Shown piece by piece: positions 1 through 10,676 of a stretch of 64,000 bases of DNA (position 1 is the first letter of the stretch; every line of letters starts with the position of its first letter). The stretch spans positions 17,264-81,263 of IMG/VR virus record IMGVR_UViG_3300032038_006680; one strand, given 5' to 3'. The translations under genes were made by a program, and so were the position numbers. The notes below the pieces were generated by a model, which had not been told where the DNA came from, made no database searches, and saw only the letters and a list, made by a program, of their open reading frames with translations. Source of the DNA: a virus (Duplodnaviria > Caudoviricetes).

Positions 1-1
1 T

Positions 2-691
2 CAGGACTCACTTGAAACGGGCGGTCAGAAAAAATCACGGCTCGTTTCTGCCAATCCAAGTGATAAATTTTCCGTCACTATGGCTTTTAATTGCGTTGAA
101 AAAGATGTGGACGGTGACGGCAAGTGGGTCGGAGACGGGCTTACCGAATACGAGCGTTTTATGGCCTGGTTTAAATACCAGCATTGTTATGGCACGAATC
201 CGTTTATGTTCCCCGCGATACTCATAAATTCAAATCGCCAGCAGGGAATGTCTCAGGAAGATGTCGAGCATGTCATCAACAGGATAGCCAACGGTGACAC
301 AACGGCGAAGCTCCCTGATTACGAGTATTACAGAATCACATCTGCGGCCGAGGGCAGTAAGAGCGGCCTGCATCAGCAGGTGACTATGACATGGGAGACT
401 TATGCCACGGGAGCTTTCACTATTCCCGATGACATCTCGGCGATCAATAACATCACGGCAGAAAACGGCTGTGTAGATGTCGTGCTTACCTCTGCCCCTT
501 CCACAGAACCAACGATAGACACTTGGACTCTTATGATAACGCCTCCCGGCGGAACGGAGGCTCAGGAACAGGTCTTGTTCTGTATCTTTGACGGAGACCT
601 GACCGCAAAACTTTACTTTGAAAAAAAAACAGGGACGGTTGGAACCTATATTGCCCGTATAGGTGATTTTACGGCGAGCTTTACGGTTTAG
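2..691 (+). CDS. Phage minor/distal tail protein (lambda gpM-like), 5'-truncated by the window edge
   Basis: Frame is open from nt 2 (QDSLETGGQKKSRLVSANPSDKFSVTM...) into the 80..691 ORF; directly upstream of gpL/gpK/gpJ-like genes. Confidence 0.6.
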   Translation, partial: QDSLETGGQKKSRLVSANPSDKFSVTMAFNCVEKDVDGDGKWVGDGLTEYERFMAWFKYQHCYGTNPFMFPAILINSNRQQGMSQEDVEHVINRIANGDTTAKLPDYEYYRITSAAEGSKSGLHQQVTMTWETYATGAFTIPDDISAINNITAENGCVDVVLTSAPSTEPTIDTWTLMITPPGGTEAQEQVLFCIFDGDLTAKLYFEKKTGTVGTYIARIGDFTASFTV

Positions 692-699
692 GAGATTTT

Positions 700-1239
700 A
701 TGAACGAGAAAAACATTCAGACGATAGCAATGGAAGAAATATGGGCAAGGACAACGGACGGGCATATTCCCGTCCTTCTTGAGATTTATAACCCTGACAT
801 AAAGTGGGACGATGGTTCCGTTGAGCAGGAGAATATGTATCTCAGGGTTATAGACGACTCAAATCCTGTCGTTTACAAAGGAAAGAAGTACCTGCCTGCC
901 AGCTTTGAGTTCACGCCTCCCGAAGAGGACGGAAAAACAGTCGGACAGGCATCGATAACCCTGTCCGCGATAGATTCCCGCGTGGTCCAGATGCTCCGTT
1001 CTATAGAGTTGCAATGTGAAGTCACTGTAATGGCGGCTTTCGCAAAGCTCGTCAATGAGAACGGAAAGACGACTTTCAGGTTCTATCCCCTTGACCAGAT
1101 AAAAACCCGTATGCCGTCAGCGACTTACAACCGCACGACGGCTCAGCTGAGCCTCGTCTATAAAGATGTTTTGAAGCTGAATGTCCCAAGAGACAAGGCA
1201 ACCAAAAATCAGCTTTCGTCGGTGAGTGAGAATGGCTGA
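700..1239 (+). CDS. Minor tail protein (gpL/DUF1833-like)
   Basis: LLEIYNP...LRVIDDSNPVVYKGKKYLPASFEFTPPEEDG...ASITLSAID pattern; synteny between gpM-like and NlpC/P60 genes. Confidence 0.7.
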   Translation: MNEKNIQTIAMEEIWARTTDGHIPVLLEIYNPDIKWDDGSVEQENMYLRVIDDSNPVVYKGKKYLPASFEFTPPEEDGKTVGQASITLSAIDSRVVQMLRSIELQCEVTVMAAFAKLVNENGKTTFRFYPLDQIKTRMPSATYNRTTAQLSLVYKDVLKLNVPRDKATKNQLSSVSENG

Positions 1240-1627
1240 TTTGCGGATAGATGACCTTATAGGAGTCAGGTTCACGAGCCATGGGCGGTCTGTTGTTGAG
1301 GGCTTTGATTGTTACGGGCTTGCGATTGAAGTGTCGAAAAGGCTCGGACATAAGCTTCCTGACCTATGGTACGAGAAAGCCTGTCCCGCGACCTTCTCAG
1401 AGAACGCGGAGATAATGCTGTTCGGTCTCGGAGACCTTTTGGAAGAGACGAAAGAGAGGGAACTGGGAAACCTTATCGTGTTCTCGGACGGAAACGGGAA
1501 TATGGTCCATATAGGGGTAATGCTTGACGAGGATGATTTCATTCATGCCGATACGGGCGGAGTGAGGGTCACTGGGCTTGACGGATATTACAGAAAAAGC
1601 TGGAAGGTGTATAAATGGCGACAGTAA
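1232..1627 (+). CDS. NlpC/P60-family tail tip protein (gpK-like)
   Basis: GFDCYGL (catalytic Cys), HIGV and FIHA (His residues); probable ATG at 1232. Confidence 0.85.
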   Translation: MADLRIDDLIGVRFTSHGRSVVEGFDCYGLAIEVSKRLGHKLPDLWYEKACPATFSENAEIMLFGLGDLLEETKERELGNLIVFSDGNGNMVHIGVMLDEDDFIHADTGGVRVTGLDGYYRKSWKVYKWRQ

Positions 1628-4600
1628 GGATTCTTAACAACATTCTTGAGGATAAAGTTGACACATTCACTGTGGAGAAAGGCATTACCATTGAGACCCT
1701 TATCAGGGAGCATACTGACGGGAACGCCTATGACGGACAGCTGGTGGAATGTTATGACCTTGATACGGGAGAGACATATTTTGCCCCTATCGAAGACGAT
1801 ACCGCGACAACGAATGCGATTGTCCAGGTAAACGGAAAGGACACATCTCTTGATTATGTAATAAAAGAAAATGACATTGTTTCTGTAATCATAACACCAG
1901 CAGGCGGCGGCGGAGGATGGAATTGGACAACGGCATTGCTTGGAGGAATTGAAGGTGCTCTAACAGGAGCTTTAATTGGTTTTCAAGTAGGCGGCCCTAT
2001 AGGTGCAGTTATAGGTGGGGTAATAGGTTTTGTTGTTGGTTTTGCTGTTTTTGGAAGTTTAGGGGGGATGGATTTAAATACTGACGACCAGACTTCTTCA
2101 TCTGGTTTAAATTCAGAGCAGCTTCCCGATGTCCGCGGCTCACAGAATCAGCCTCTTACAGATCAGCCCTACCCTATGGTTCTCGGAAAACATCTCGTCA
2201 CGCCTTTTATAATCGGAAGCCCGTGGAATGAGATTTCTGGCAATCACGGTGAGGATAACTGTATTCATATCCTATATGCCGTTGGTTACGCTCCGCTTCG
2301 TCTTACGGAATTCAAGCTCGGAGAGATGGACTTGGCTCACAATCAGCCTTGGAGCGGCAATAAAAATCTTAAAAACATTTTTCATGGCGAGCTAAGCGGA
2401 ATTGACAGTCAGACTGGCTCAGGAAGTGACACGGGCGATATTGTAAGCACATGGAAAAACAATGACATCTCCATAGAGATTCTTCAGCAGGGACAGAACA
2501 GACAGGCGGTTGATTGCGGAAATATCTACCCATACGCGAAAATCCAGGAAGACATAAAGGCTAATGTCCTTTACATTGCCGACGGTTCGATTGAGGAAAT
2601 TGACAGTGCGAACAATATTTCTTATAAAGGGCTGGGACTTGCCAACGGTCTCAGAAATAATCCGATAAGATTCTCCGAACAGTATGCAGACTCAGTAAAG
2701 GTTGAGCTTGATTTCCAGAACGGACTTTATAAGACGAGAAGCGAAACAAGCGGAAGCAATTCTTCTGTCAAATACTACCAGATTCCTATGTGGATTGCGG
2801 TTCAGTGGCGGGTGTATTCTGATGACAATGTAAAGACAGACGGAGATGAGCACGGAACGGGAGTTCCGCTTCCTGAATTTGATTATGATAAGGGCGTATA
2901 CAAGAAAGTCACCGTAAAGAATAAGGACGGGAATGATGTTACGGGAGATTTCCGAGGCTGGCACTCGTTTGAAAAGATAAATAATATCGTTGTTGCCGAG
3001 GAATTTACAGAAGAGAAACGCTATAATGATATTGCCGCTCATTCAGGAAATCATTTAAGAAACAATAAGATAGCGACATCCTCACATGAGGAAGAATATT
3101 GGGTAGATGATGGAATTGTTTGCGGGGAGCAAACCGGTCATTATGAAAAAGAACTTGTAATTGACAGCTGGGGGTATTCGGCTGACATAAACAATAATTG
3201 GTTAGGGGCAGATGTCTTTAATTTGCAGTCGCTTGGCGGAACGAATTCCAATCAGGACGGCATAAACGAATTCCGCTGCGTTACAGATGTTAACCTCGTT
3301 CAGTGGGCGAATGATAATCTGCTCACAGAGGAAGAGAAGTCGAGCCCGAATAAAGATGAGATACTGTCAAAAAAATTCAGGGCATACTTCTATGACGGAT
3401 TCAACACGGCAAAGTCTATTGAGGTTCGTGTAGTAAGGGTTTCTCCTTGCTATATAGATGAGACGGTCTCAAACAAGGACCATTCGGCGTTTAAGTTCAA
3501 TGATATTTTTACATGGACTACCCTCACATCGACAAAACTGGACGGCGACAAGCTTGTATACGAAAATACCATAGAGAGGCTGAGACCGATTTCAGAAGAC
3601 CGAATGAGGAAACTTTGCGTCATCGCGCTCAAGGCAAAGACTGACAATGTGGACCAACTTTCAAATACGCTCAAGAAATTCTCATGTATCGCACAGTCGT
3701 TCGCACCTTACTATAACGATGAGGAAAAGAAATGGCTGCCTGAAAAAGTCAGCACGACGACGAGATATTACAAGCCATCATACAAGGATGAGAGCGGTGT
3801 ATGGTATCAAGGCGAAGAAATTACAAAACAGCAGTTTGAAGAGGACAGACAGAAAGGCATTAAATCCTTGCGTATGCCTGCGGGGAATGACTATGTTCCG
3901 CAGATTGTCGAGAATGTGATACGGACAGCGGAGCATATTGACGACAGGGGAAGATATTATATCCCTGACCAGCTTGACGAGAACGGAGTCCATTACAGTC
4001 CTGACGGCACGCTTAAATACTGTAATAACAATGTCGCCTCTATGTTCCTCCTTGCGGGTATAGGACCTCATCTCGGAATCGACGCGCTGGGATATAACCA
4101 GAAATTCTATGACGAAAACGGAAATCTGATTGAGGACGGCGCGGGAGACTTCAATATGGTTTCTCTTGCCAAGTGGTACAAGTGGGCCGAGGATGTCACT
4201 GATAAATCGACTTATTCTTCGGACGGATCGCACTACGACCATGACGGAAGAAGCGTATTGCACGGCAAGGGTGAATTGGTTCACATGTATTTTGCGGCAA
4301 ACGCATATATCTATCAGGAGATAATGCTTGAGCAAATGCTCGCAAAGATTGCCGTCGCAGGCCGAGCCGTATATACGAGAGACAGCAAGAACAGGCTTAC
4401 GGTCGTTATAGATAAAGAAGAGAAATACCCTGTAGCCCTTATAAATCAGCAGAACACGCTCAAATCGACTTATACGATTTCTTTTGCCGACAATCCTTCG
4501 GGTATGCAGATTACCTTCCCTGATGAGAACGACGGTTACATTCAGAATCAGATTTACTGTATGGCTGACGGAGAAAGCGCGGACAAGCCGCGGGCGGCGA

Positions 4601-7600
4601 TTGAGCAGTATAAATTTGACTATGTGACGAACAATGTACAGCAGTGGTCTCTCGGACGGTACATGCTCGCGAACAGATTACTGAACAAAGAGGTGGTGAC
4701 TAAGCAAATCGGAGTCGAGGGAGCGTCTATCGGGCTTGGAAACCTCATACTTTTACAGGACGACACCATGCTTATCGGCACGGATAACGGAGGTCGGATT
4801 ACCAGACTTATTGAGAATGATACTTCGATATTTGGCTTCGTCATTGACAACGCTTATCATTACACGGGAGAGGAAGAGGCAGTAAAGGATGATGAGGGAA
4901 ACGCCATTCTTGATGAGAACGGAGAACCCGTCACGAGATGCAGGCAAGGCGTAATCGTAATGCAGCCCGTTGAGTATCAGGCTTCAAGGGTTATCACCCT
5001 CAGACTTGCGAAAAAAAACACGAAATTCATCGTTAACGGAGAAACTTGGCAGGCCGTAAAAGGAAACACGAATACTGTCTTGTTTGACACTCCTATTGCC
5101 AAAGATAAGAATTCAAGCGACGGAACGGATTATTATGTATACAAGCCGCAAGCCGGAAATATCGTCGGTTTCGGTATTATCGGTCAGATGACGGCCACCT
5201 ATCGTGTAATCAAGATTAAGCCTGACGCAAAAAGAACATTTGAGCTCACGCTGATGAAATATCAGGAAGACTTGTACAGTTATGGTGCTGAGCTTCCCTC
5301 ATTCCAAAACAACATGACCGTGCCTGATAGAAGCGATGAGGACGCTTTCGCGCTGTCAAACAATGTCACCGTGGCGGATTTGGTGCGAGCCCTTGCGGAG
5401 TCTGCGGAACTGGCACAGGGAAAAATTGACGACACATTCGGATATGCGCCTCCGTCCCCCAATAACCTTACGGCAGATGTCGAGCGGGATTGCATACAGT
5501 TCACTTGTACTGTCGATTCTGATAAGGTCAACAATATCGACCATATCACTTATGAGATAACGAAAGCTGACGGCACGATAACCACGATAGACGGCTCTTA
5601 TTCTACGGAATATTTCTTTGACAGGGCTATGGACGGATACCCGGAGAAAGATGACCTTGCGCTGTGGCAGTTCAGGGCAAAAGCGGTAAGTATTTATCTT
5701 GACGCGGAAGGAAACAGGTATGAGAGCGAATGGTCTGATTATATAGGTCTTTCGGCGGCATCACTCCGTAAATATGGGACATGGATTCCGCCAAAACCGA
5801 CTAATCTCAGTTTTATAGCCGATGAGAACGGGATAACGGCTGCATGGAGCTGTGACCTTACGAATGTTTATGGCTCGGTACAGTTTGAGGTTAAAACATA
5901 TTATGACGGAATAGCAAGGGTTACGCCATCAGGGCAGCAAGTTGTCCTTGTAAAAACAGCCACATACCAATTCTCAAGAGCCACTGACGGATTCCCGGAA
6001 AAACCAGGTACGGCTGGTATGAAAATCGGAACCCTTACCCTGGATAAATATTCTGTCGTTGTCAACGCTGTTAATATAACGAGCGGAAGCCAATCTGAGA
6101 GTGACGAAGAGTTTTGTGATTACTCCAAATACAGAACCTGGATTCCCGCTGCCCCAAGCATTTCGTCAAGGGTAAGCAACAGGAACATAACGCTTTATTT
6201 CTCTCAGTCAGCAAACTGTTACGGAGTCATACAGTATCTTGTCGGTGTCAGGCGATATGACGACCCCTCTGATATATTTTATGTTCCCGACCTTGAATCA
6301 AATCCTTATGCGAGGGAGTCCGCTTATAAATTACAGGTAGACGGAGTTTTTGTAATCGGAAAGGCTGAGAGTGAAAGTCAGTTTACGCAGACGATGCCGC
6401 TTGAGACTCAGAACGGTATACAGGGTATGCTTGATGTAGACGAATCCGAAGATGACAACAGGATTTTTGCGGCAAATCTTGATCCGTCTATAAAGGGCTG
6501 GTACGACGGAGCTAATTTTTATGAGGATGAAGAGCATACCGTAAGGATTATCCCCTCAGATTCCCGTATGTATTTTGATAACGCAGAGAAAAAATATTAC
6601 AAATGGAATGGCTCTGATTATATACTTAAAGAAAATTATGGTTCTTTGCTTATACTCGGACTCGGAGGCTATGCCCCTATAGACACGCAGTATCAGTTCG
6701 AGGCATATTCTTACAACAAGACCGTAGAAGATTTCTATGACTCATTACTTGATACAAACCACAATTATGACAAGGACACTTACCATAAGGTAAGCGTTGA
6801 GGGAACACGAAGGCAATCGACGGCCCTTGCCACAAGCGTTCAGGATGTCCTTAACGGCTCTATCGTGTCCGATAAGGTCGGTGTCGGAGCAATTACGGAG
6901 ACTAAGATTGAGGATGACGCGATTTCTTCCCCGAAGATTCAGGCAAACGCCGTCATCGCAAGAAACATATATGCGTACAATCTCCTTACGCTCACTGAGG
7001 GGGCCCATTCGATTTCAGGCTATGCCTATAACGCCGACACGGATGAAGAGGTCGGGAAAATCCTTGATAAGATAAAGTCAGGAATTGAGAAGTCCAGCCA
7101 GCAGCCTCTCATAAACAGGCTTGATGAGATTACGAAGGAAAAGTCTAATAACTATTGGATCGGACTCGATACAGACAGCCCTGAGTTCTATATGGGAAAT
7201 ATGAAGGTAGCTGATAAATGGAGAGACGACGCGAATTACTTTCATTATTACAAAGAAAACGGCGAGACGAACCTTGACATCAAACTCTCAAACTTCATCG
7301 TTACGGCCGTCACCTCCACAATCAAAGGCTTCTTCAATGTAAGGAACAAAAAAGGAGCCATAAAATACACTGGCGCGAACTCTTTCTTGCAGGTGAACCC
7401 GGAGAGCGAAAATTTCGAGGAAGATACCGTAAAGGGATATTATGACTCCTCTTCTGACAGCTTCTATGAGGACTCGGCTTTTACCAAGGAGATTGAGCCT
7501 GACGGCACGGTAGTGTTCATAGATAAAGCCACAGACAAGGCGTACCGATACAACACAAACTCCGAACAGTACATCGAGATTCAGGGCTATAAGGGCGTTA

Positions 7601-8250
7601 CGAATCCTGAGACTATGGTGCTGAGGGGCGACCTTCTCATTGACAGAAAAAACTCTGACGGAACAAACGGAACCCTTACGGTAAGGGGATTGTCAAAACT
7701 TTCTGGCGGGCTTCGGGTCGGGGAAGAGGGCGCGCTTGCGGAATCTCATTTCTACGGAAAACTTACGGCTCACGAGGGCTTGCAGGTCGGAAGCGCGGAC
7801 TCGCCGAAGACAGCCACCGTTTACGGCTCGCTCACAGTCTCCAAAGACCAGAACGGCAACAACGGGCACTTGATAGTAGAAGCTACCTCTACCCTTTTCG
7901 GAACTCTCACGGTGGGAACGAGTGACAAGAACAGCAACACCACCCTGAACGGCAAGCTCGCCGTCTCATCCATTGCCACCCTCAATGACGAACTGAAAGT
8001 CCCGAACAAGCTGACTACCCTGCACTCACTTGAAGTGACGAACGGAACGACGCTCAAAGGCACCCTCTCGGTCACGGGACTTGCCACGATGAGCGGCGGA
8101 ATAGAGACGAACACGATTTCGGCAATTAACGAGCAAGTTCTGACAATAGATTCCGCATGTGTAATTAAAGGAACATTAACTTCAACGGAGTTAAAAATTC
8201 CTTTAGAGCGTCCAAAAAATCCACAGCCAGGTCATATTTGGATGGAGTAG
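1615..8250 (+). CDS. Tail tip / host-specificity protein (gpI-gpJ-like fusion, 2211 aa) with Fn3-like domains and C-terminal fibre repeats
   Basis: N-terminal gpI-like domain and Gly-rich hydrophobic segment; PYPMVLGKHLVTP; three Fn3-like starts (PPSPNNL, PPKPTNL, PAAPSIS); GAITETKIEDDAISSPKIQANAV repeats; two KG(W/Y)YD..FYED modules; TLTV-G beta repeats; ends PKNPQPGHIWME. Confidence 0.85.
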   Translation: MATVRILNNILEDKVDTFTVEKGITIETLIREHTDGNAYDGQLVECYDLDTGETYFAPIEDDTATTNAIVQVNGKDTSLDYVIKENDIVSVIITPAGGGGGWNWTTALLGGIEGALTGALIGFQVGGPIGAVIGGVIGFVVGFAVFGSLGGMDLNTDDQTSSSGLNSEQLPDVRGSQNQPLTDQPYPMVLGKHLVTPFIIGSPWNEISGNHGEDNCIHILYAVGYAPLRLTEFKLGEMDLAHNQPWSGNKNLKNIFHGELSGIDSQTGSGSDTGDIVSTWKNNDISIEILQQGQNRQAVDCGNIYPYAKIQEDIKANVLYIADGSIEEIDSANNISYKGLGLANGLRNNPIRFSEQYADSVKVELDFQNGLYKTRSETSGSNSSVKYYQIPMWIAVQWRVYSDDNVKTDGDEHGTGVPLPEFDYDKGVYKKVTVKNKDGNDVTGDFRGWHSFEKINNIVVAEEFTEEKRYNDIAAHSGNHLRNNKIATSSHEEEYWVDDGIVCGEQTGHYEKELVIDSWGYSADINNNWLGADVFNLQSLGGTNSNQDGINEFRCVTDVNLVQWANDNLLTEEEKSSPNKDEILSKKFRAYFYDGFNTAKSIEVRVVRVSPCYIDETVSNKDHSAFKFNDIFTWTTLTSTKLDGDKLVYENTIERLRPISEDRMRKLCVIALKAKTDNVDQLSNTLKKFSCIAQSFAPYYNDEEKKWLPEKVSTTTRYYKPSYKDESGVWYQGEEITKQQFEEDRQKGIKSLRMPAGNDYVPQIVENVIRTAEHIDDRGRYYIPDQLDENGVHYSPDGTLKYCNNNVASMFLLAGIGPHLGIDALGYNQKFYDENGNLIEDGAGDFNMVSLAKWYKWAEDVTDKSTYSSDGSHYDHDGRSVLHGKGELVHMYFAANAYIYQEIMLEQMLAKIAVAGRAVYTRDSKNRLTVVIDKEEKYPVALINQQNTLKSTYTISFADNPSGMQITFPDENDGYIQNQIYCMADGESADKPRAAIEQYKFDYVTNNVQQWSLGRYMLANRLLNKEVVTKQIGVEGASIGLGNLILLQDDTMLIGTDNGGRITRLIENDTSIFGFVIDNAYHYTGEEEAVKDDEGNAILDENGEPVTRCRQGVIVMQPVEYQASRVITLRLAKKNTKFIVNGETWQAVKGNTNTVLFDTPIAKDKNSSDGTDYYVYKPQAGNIVGFGIIGQMTATYRVIKIKPDAKRTFELTLMKYQEDLYSYGAELPSFQNNMTVPDRSDEDAFALSNNVTVADLVRALAESAELAQGKIDDTFGYAPPSPNNLTADVERDCIQFTCTVDSDKVNNIDHITYEITKADGTITTIDGSYSTEYFFDRAMDGYPEKDDLALWQFRAKAVSIYLDAEGNRYESEWSDYIGLSAASLRKYGTWIPPKPTNLSFIADENGITAAWSCDLTNVYGSVQFEVKTYYDGIARVTPSGQQVVLVKTATYQFSRATDGFPEKPGTAGMKIGTLTLDKYSVVVNAVNITSGSQSESDEEFCDYSKYRTWIPAAPSISSRVSNRNITLYFSQSANCYGVIQYLVGVRRYDDPSDIFYVPDLESNPYARESAYKLQVDGVFVIGKAESESQFTQTMPLETQNGIQGMLDVDESEDDNRIFAANLDPSIKGWYDGANFYEDEEHTVRIIPSDSRMYFDNAEKKYYKWNGSDYILKENYGSLLILGLGGYAPIDTQYQFEAYSYNKTVEDFYDSLLDTNHNYDKDTYHKVSVEGTRRQSTALATSVQDVLNGSIVSDKVGVGAITETKIEDDAISSPKIQANAVIARNIYAYNLLTLTEGAHSISGYAYNADTDEEVGKILDKIKSGIEKSSQQPLINRLDEITKEKSNNYWIGLDTDSPEFYMGNMKVADKWRDDANYFHYYKENGETNLDIKLSNFIVTAVTSTIKGFFNVRNKKGAIKYTGANSFLQVNPESENFEEDTVKGYYDSSSDSFYEDSAFTKEIEPDGTVVFIDKATDKAYRYNTNSEQYIEIQGYKGVTNPETMVLRGDLLIDRKNSDGTNGTLTVRGLSKLSGGLRVGEEGALAESHFYGKLTAHEGLQVGSADSPKTATVYGSLTVSKDQNGNNGHLIVEATSTLFGTLTVGTSDKNSNTTLNGKLAVSSIATLNDELKVPNKLTTLHSLEVTNGTTLKGTLSVTGLATMSGGIETNTISAINEQVLTIDSACVIKGTLTSTELKIPLERPKNPQPGHIWME

Positions 8251-8254
8251 AATC

Positions 8255-9676
8255 ATGGATATAGAAACTTTAAATACTAATATCAATTCAGCAGATTTGG
8301 ATGATGTTATATATGCTTTTGGAAACGGAATGTTATTGGTTTTTCGTTATCCTAATAAATATAACTCAGACTACTTAGAGATGTGTAAAAGTACAGATCT
8401 TGGACAGACATGGGAATATATTTATATTAGTAAGGATTGGCATTATTCTTTTGTTGGATTTATTGATGACAATTCTGCTATTTTACATTTTAATTATGTA
8501 CATGGTTCTGGCCATGAGTCTTTAAGAAAAATATCGTCTGATGGCAGCTTATATGAAATAAGTGGATGGCCGCAATATGGCGAGCCTTTGTTATATATTG
8601 ATGGATATATTTTTGTAAAAAGAACAGGAAGATCTTTTGATTTGTATAAATATAACGATAAAACACTTAGCGTATCTTTTATTACAAAGATAGAGGATTA
8701 TGAAAATCTAAGATCATGGTCTTTCCTTGGAACAGAAAAAAATGAAATTACAGGACAAAAGTTTGTTTATTTTGTAAAACAAGGATATGGCGAACAATCT
8801 TACATATATCAAATAGGGATTCCTGATAATAATAACGATTATATTATTTATAAGCGGCGTATAATGGTTTATGATGGCACCTTTGAGTTTCCTTGTTTCT
8901 TTGTAAAAAAAGAGGACTATATTTATTTTTTTTCAAAAAGCTATAGTTGGAGAATACTAAGAGATTCCATGACAAATGAAGATTTGGAGTTTCTTGGAGG
9001 TTATGGGGGATGGTATGATTCTTCTGGTCATTTTCATCCTTCAATTATTCAAATACAGGCTATTATATATATTCCTTTTGAGAATCATAGTGGTTTAAAC
9101 TTTTATGCTATAGTAAATGGCGGTGGTTCCCTTTCTACATTATGCGAATTAACAAATTTTGAAAGAAAGAAGAATATGACATATCGAACAATCGGGAAGG
9201 TTGAGGGTACTTATGATACATATTTTTTTGAACATTTAAATAATGGGCACTATATCGTATCCGGCTGGCAGCGCGAACGCACTTTTAAAGACTACAAAAG
9301 TCCTCGTATCCTTGCAGGAACGACAGAGACAGATTGTGAAAGTTTTTCATGTTTAAATACTTCCGGCTATCTTCCTAAAATAATTGCAAATTCAAACAAA
9401 CTTTCGCAATTATTTTATGCCCTAACATCAAATATAACAATACCTTCAAAAATGGTTTTTCTTAATAAAGGAAAAACCGCTTGTTATCCATTAGCATTTA
9501 ATATAAATAATATATCATTTTTGGAGAATGTGAAAAAAGAATGGAAAGAAATCAGTAAAAATTTATTGTTTTTTTTTGATACAGAAGAAAGACTTCTTTT
9601 AACCTCTGATTATGGTGAGACAATTACTTATGATAAAAAACTTATTGTCTATAGCTCGAATCTTTATTATAAATAA
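8255..9676 (+). CDS. Low-GC putative receptor-binding protein / beta-propeller with Asp-box-like motifs
   Basis: STDLGQTW and TSDYGET Asp-box-like motifs; aromatic-rich; markedly AT-rich; starts 5 nt after the tail tip gene stop. Confidence 0.5.
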   Translation: MDIETLNTNINSADLDDVIYAFGNGMLLVFRYPNKYNSDYLEMCKSTDLGQTWEYIYISKDWHYSFVGFIDDNSAILHFNYVHGSGHESLRKISSDGSLYEISGWPQYGEPLLYIDGYIFVKRTGRSFDLYKYNDKTLSVSFITKIEDYENLRSWSFLGTEKNEITGQKFVYFVKQGYGEQSYIYQIGIPDNNNDYIIYKRRIMVYDGTFEFPCFFVKKEDYIYFFSKSYSWRILRDSMTNEDLEFLGGYGGWYDSSGHFHPSIIQIQAIIYIPFENHSGLNFYAIVNGGGSLSTLCELTNFERKKNMTYRTIGKVEGTYDTYFFEHLNNGHYIVSGWQRERTFKDYKSPRILAGTTETDCESFSCLNTSGYLPKIIANSNKLSQLFYALTSNITIPSKMVFLNKGKTACYPLAFNINNISFLENVKKEWKEISKNLLFFFDTEERLLLTSDYGETITYDKKLIVYSSNLYYK

Positions 9677-9679
9677 TTT

Positions 9680-9868
9680 CTAATTTATAATAGAAAGTGC
9701 AAGCATGTCATCAAAGGGCATGTAATTAAAAATTTTCTCAGTCTTCAACACCAAGTCATTTATAGTCAATTCTTCATAGTTATCTCCGTAAAAGGAAGCT
9801 TCTTTTTCAGTGTCAAAAAACATAAATTTTAAATATAAATTATTTGAGTTGGAATAAATTTCAAACAA
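9680..9868 (-). CDS. Small AT-rich hypothetical protein
   Basis: 62-aa ORF downstream of the lipoprotein gene, same low-GC island. Confidence 0.4.
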   Translation of the reverse strand: MFEIYSNSNNLYLKFMFFDTEKEASFYGDNYEELTINDLVLKTEKIFNYMPFDDMLALSIIN

Positions 9869-9927
9869 TGTAAAATAATATGAATTATAAACATTACCGA
9901 TATATCTTTGTAAGCTTATATTAGTAT

Positions 9928-10335
9928 CTACATATCCTTTGTCAGAGAAAAAAAATATAAATCCTCTGACAAATCAAAAAGCCTCTGGTCATCATATTGT
10001 TGCCACACATATCCAATTAAATCATAATATTCTAAATCCACGGCACACGAACAACAATCTCTTACACCGAATGAAATAAATTTACTATGCGAATCAAAGT
10101 ATTTGAAATAATCTTCATCTGAAAGGTTATCTATGTGTTTAGCCACATGTGTTCTTAAATTCTCTCTATCATAATCTTCATAGCATAAAGTTTTAACGCC
10201 ATTTATTGTTGTTAAATATACACCTTTATATTTAGGACTATATTCACGAGTAAGTGAACTTTCATTACTAATATCAGTGCAGGCAGTAAAAACAAATGAG
10301 AGTATAACTAAAGGTAACAGAAAATACCGTTTCAT
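9928..10335 (-). CDS. Lipoprotein (moron; superinfection-exclusion candidate)
   Basis: Signal peptide II MKRYFLLPLVILSFVFTA|C with lipobox FTAC; own promoter; antisense to tail genes. Confidence 0.7.
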   Translation of the reverse strand: MKRYFLLPLVILSFVFTACTDISNESSLTREYSPKYKGVYLTTINGVKTLCYEDYDRENLRTHVAKHIDNLSDEDYFKYFDSHSKFISFGVRDCCSCAVDLEYYDLIGYVWQQYDDQRLFDLSEDLYFFSLTKDM

Positions 10336-10341
10336 AACTGA

Positions 10342-10370
10342 ATTATACTACGCTTCCCGCCTTTTGTAAA
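10342..10370 (-). promoter_or_regulatory. Sigma70-type promoter TTTACA-N17-TATAAT, leaderless transcript of the lipoprotein gene
   Basis: -35 at 10370-10365, -10 at 10347-10342, ATG 6 nt after the -10 box. Confidence 0.75.
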
Positions 10371-10375
10371 ACGAT

Positions 10376-10404
10376 TTAAGCCTTATTTTTCCTTGCCGTA
10401 AAAT
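10376..10404 (+). promoter_or_regulatory. TTAAGC-N17-TAAAAT promoter candidate
   Basis: Matches the recurrent motif seen at five other intergenic sites. Confidence 0.55.
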
Positions 10405-10436
10405 CACCTGTATCCGACGAAAACGGAAAGGGAAAT

Positions 10437-10670
10437 TTGATTTTGAAATCAGTTAAATAGATAAACGCATATTTCAGGTCAGCAAACAAGGCTGACATCA
10501 GCCGTCTGCTCTCGCTCATAATACTCTCCGAGCGTCAGGAGAAAATCTTCGACATGTATTACATAAAGAAAAAAGACCTCGGCTTTATCGCTGACAAGCT
10601 TTGCACAAGCTATTCCGTGGCGAAATCAGAGCTTAATGCCATAAGAAAGAAGATAACTCCCTTTCTCTAG
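10437..10670 (+). pseudogene. Sigma-70 region-4-like HTH protein interrupted by an in-frame TAG (10458-10460)
   Basis: TTG start after AAAGGGA; MILKSVK*INAYF...LSERQEKIFDMYYIKKKDLGFIADKLCTSYSVAKSEL. Confidence 0.6.
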
Positions 10671-10676
10671 CCAAAT

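Noticed and set aside
2692-8114. Minus-strand ORFs opposite the tail-tip gene and similar shadow ORFs opposite sbcDC, tnpB, dnaB and rtcB
   Set aside because: Antisense shadows of long, motif-supported genes, with no motifs or ribosome-binding sites of their own.
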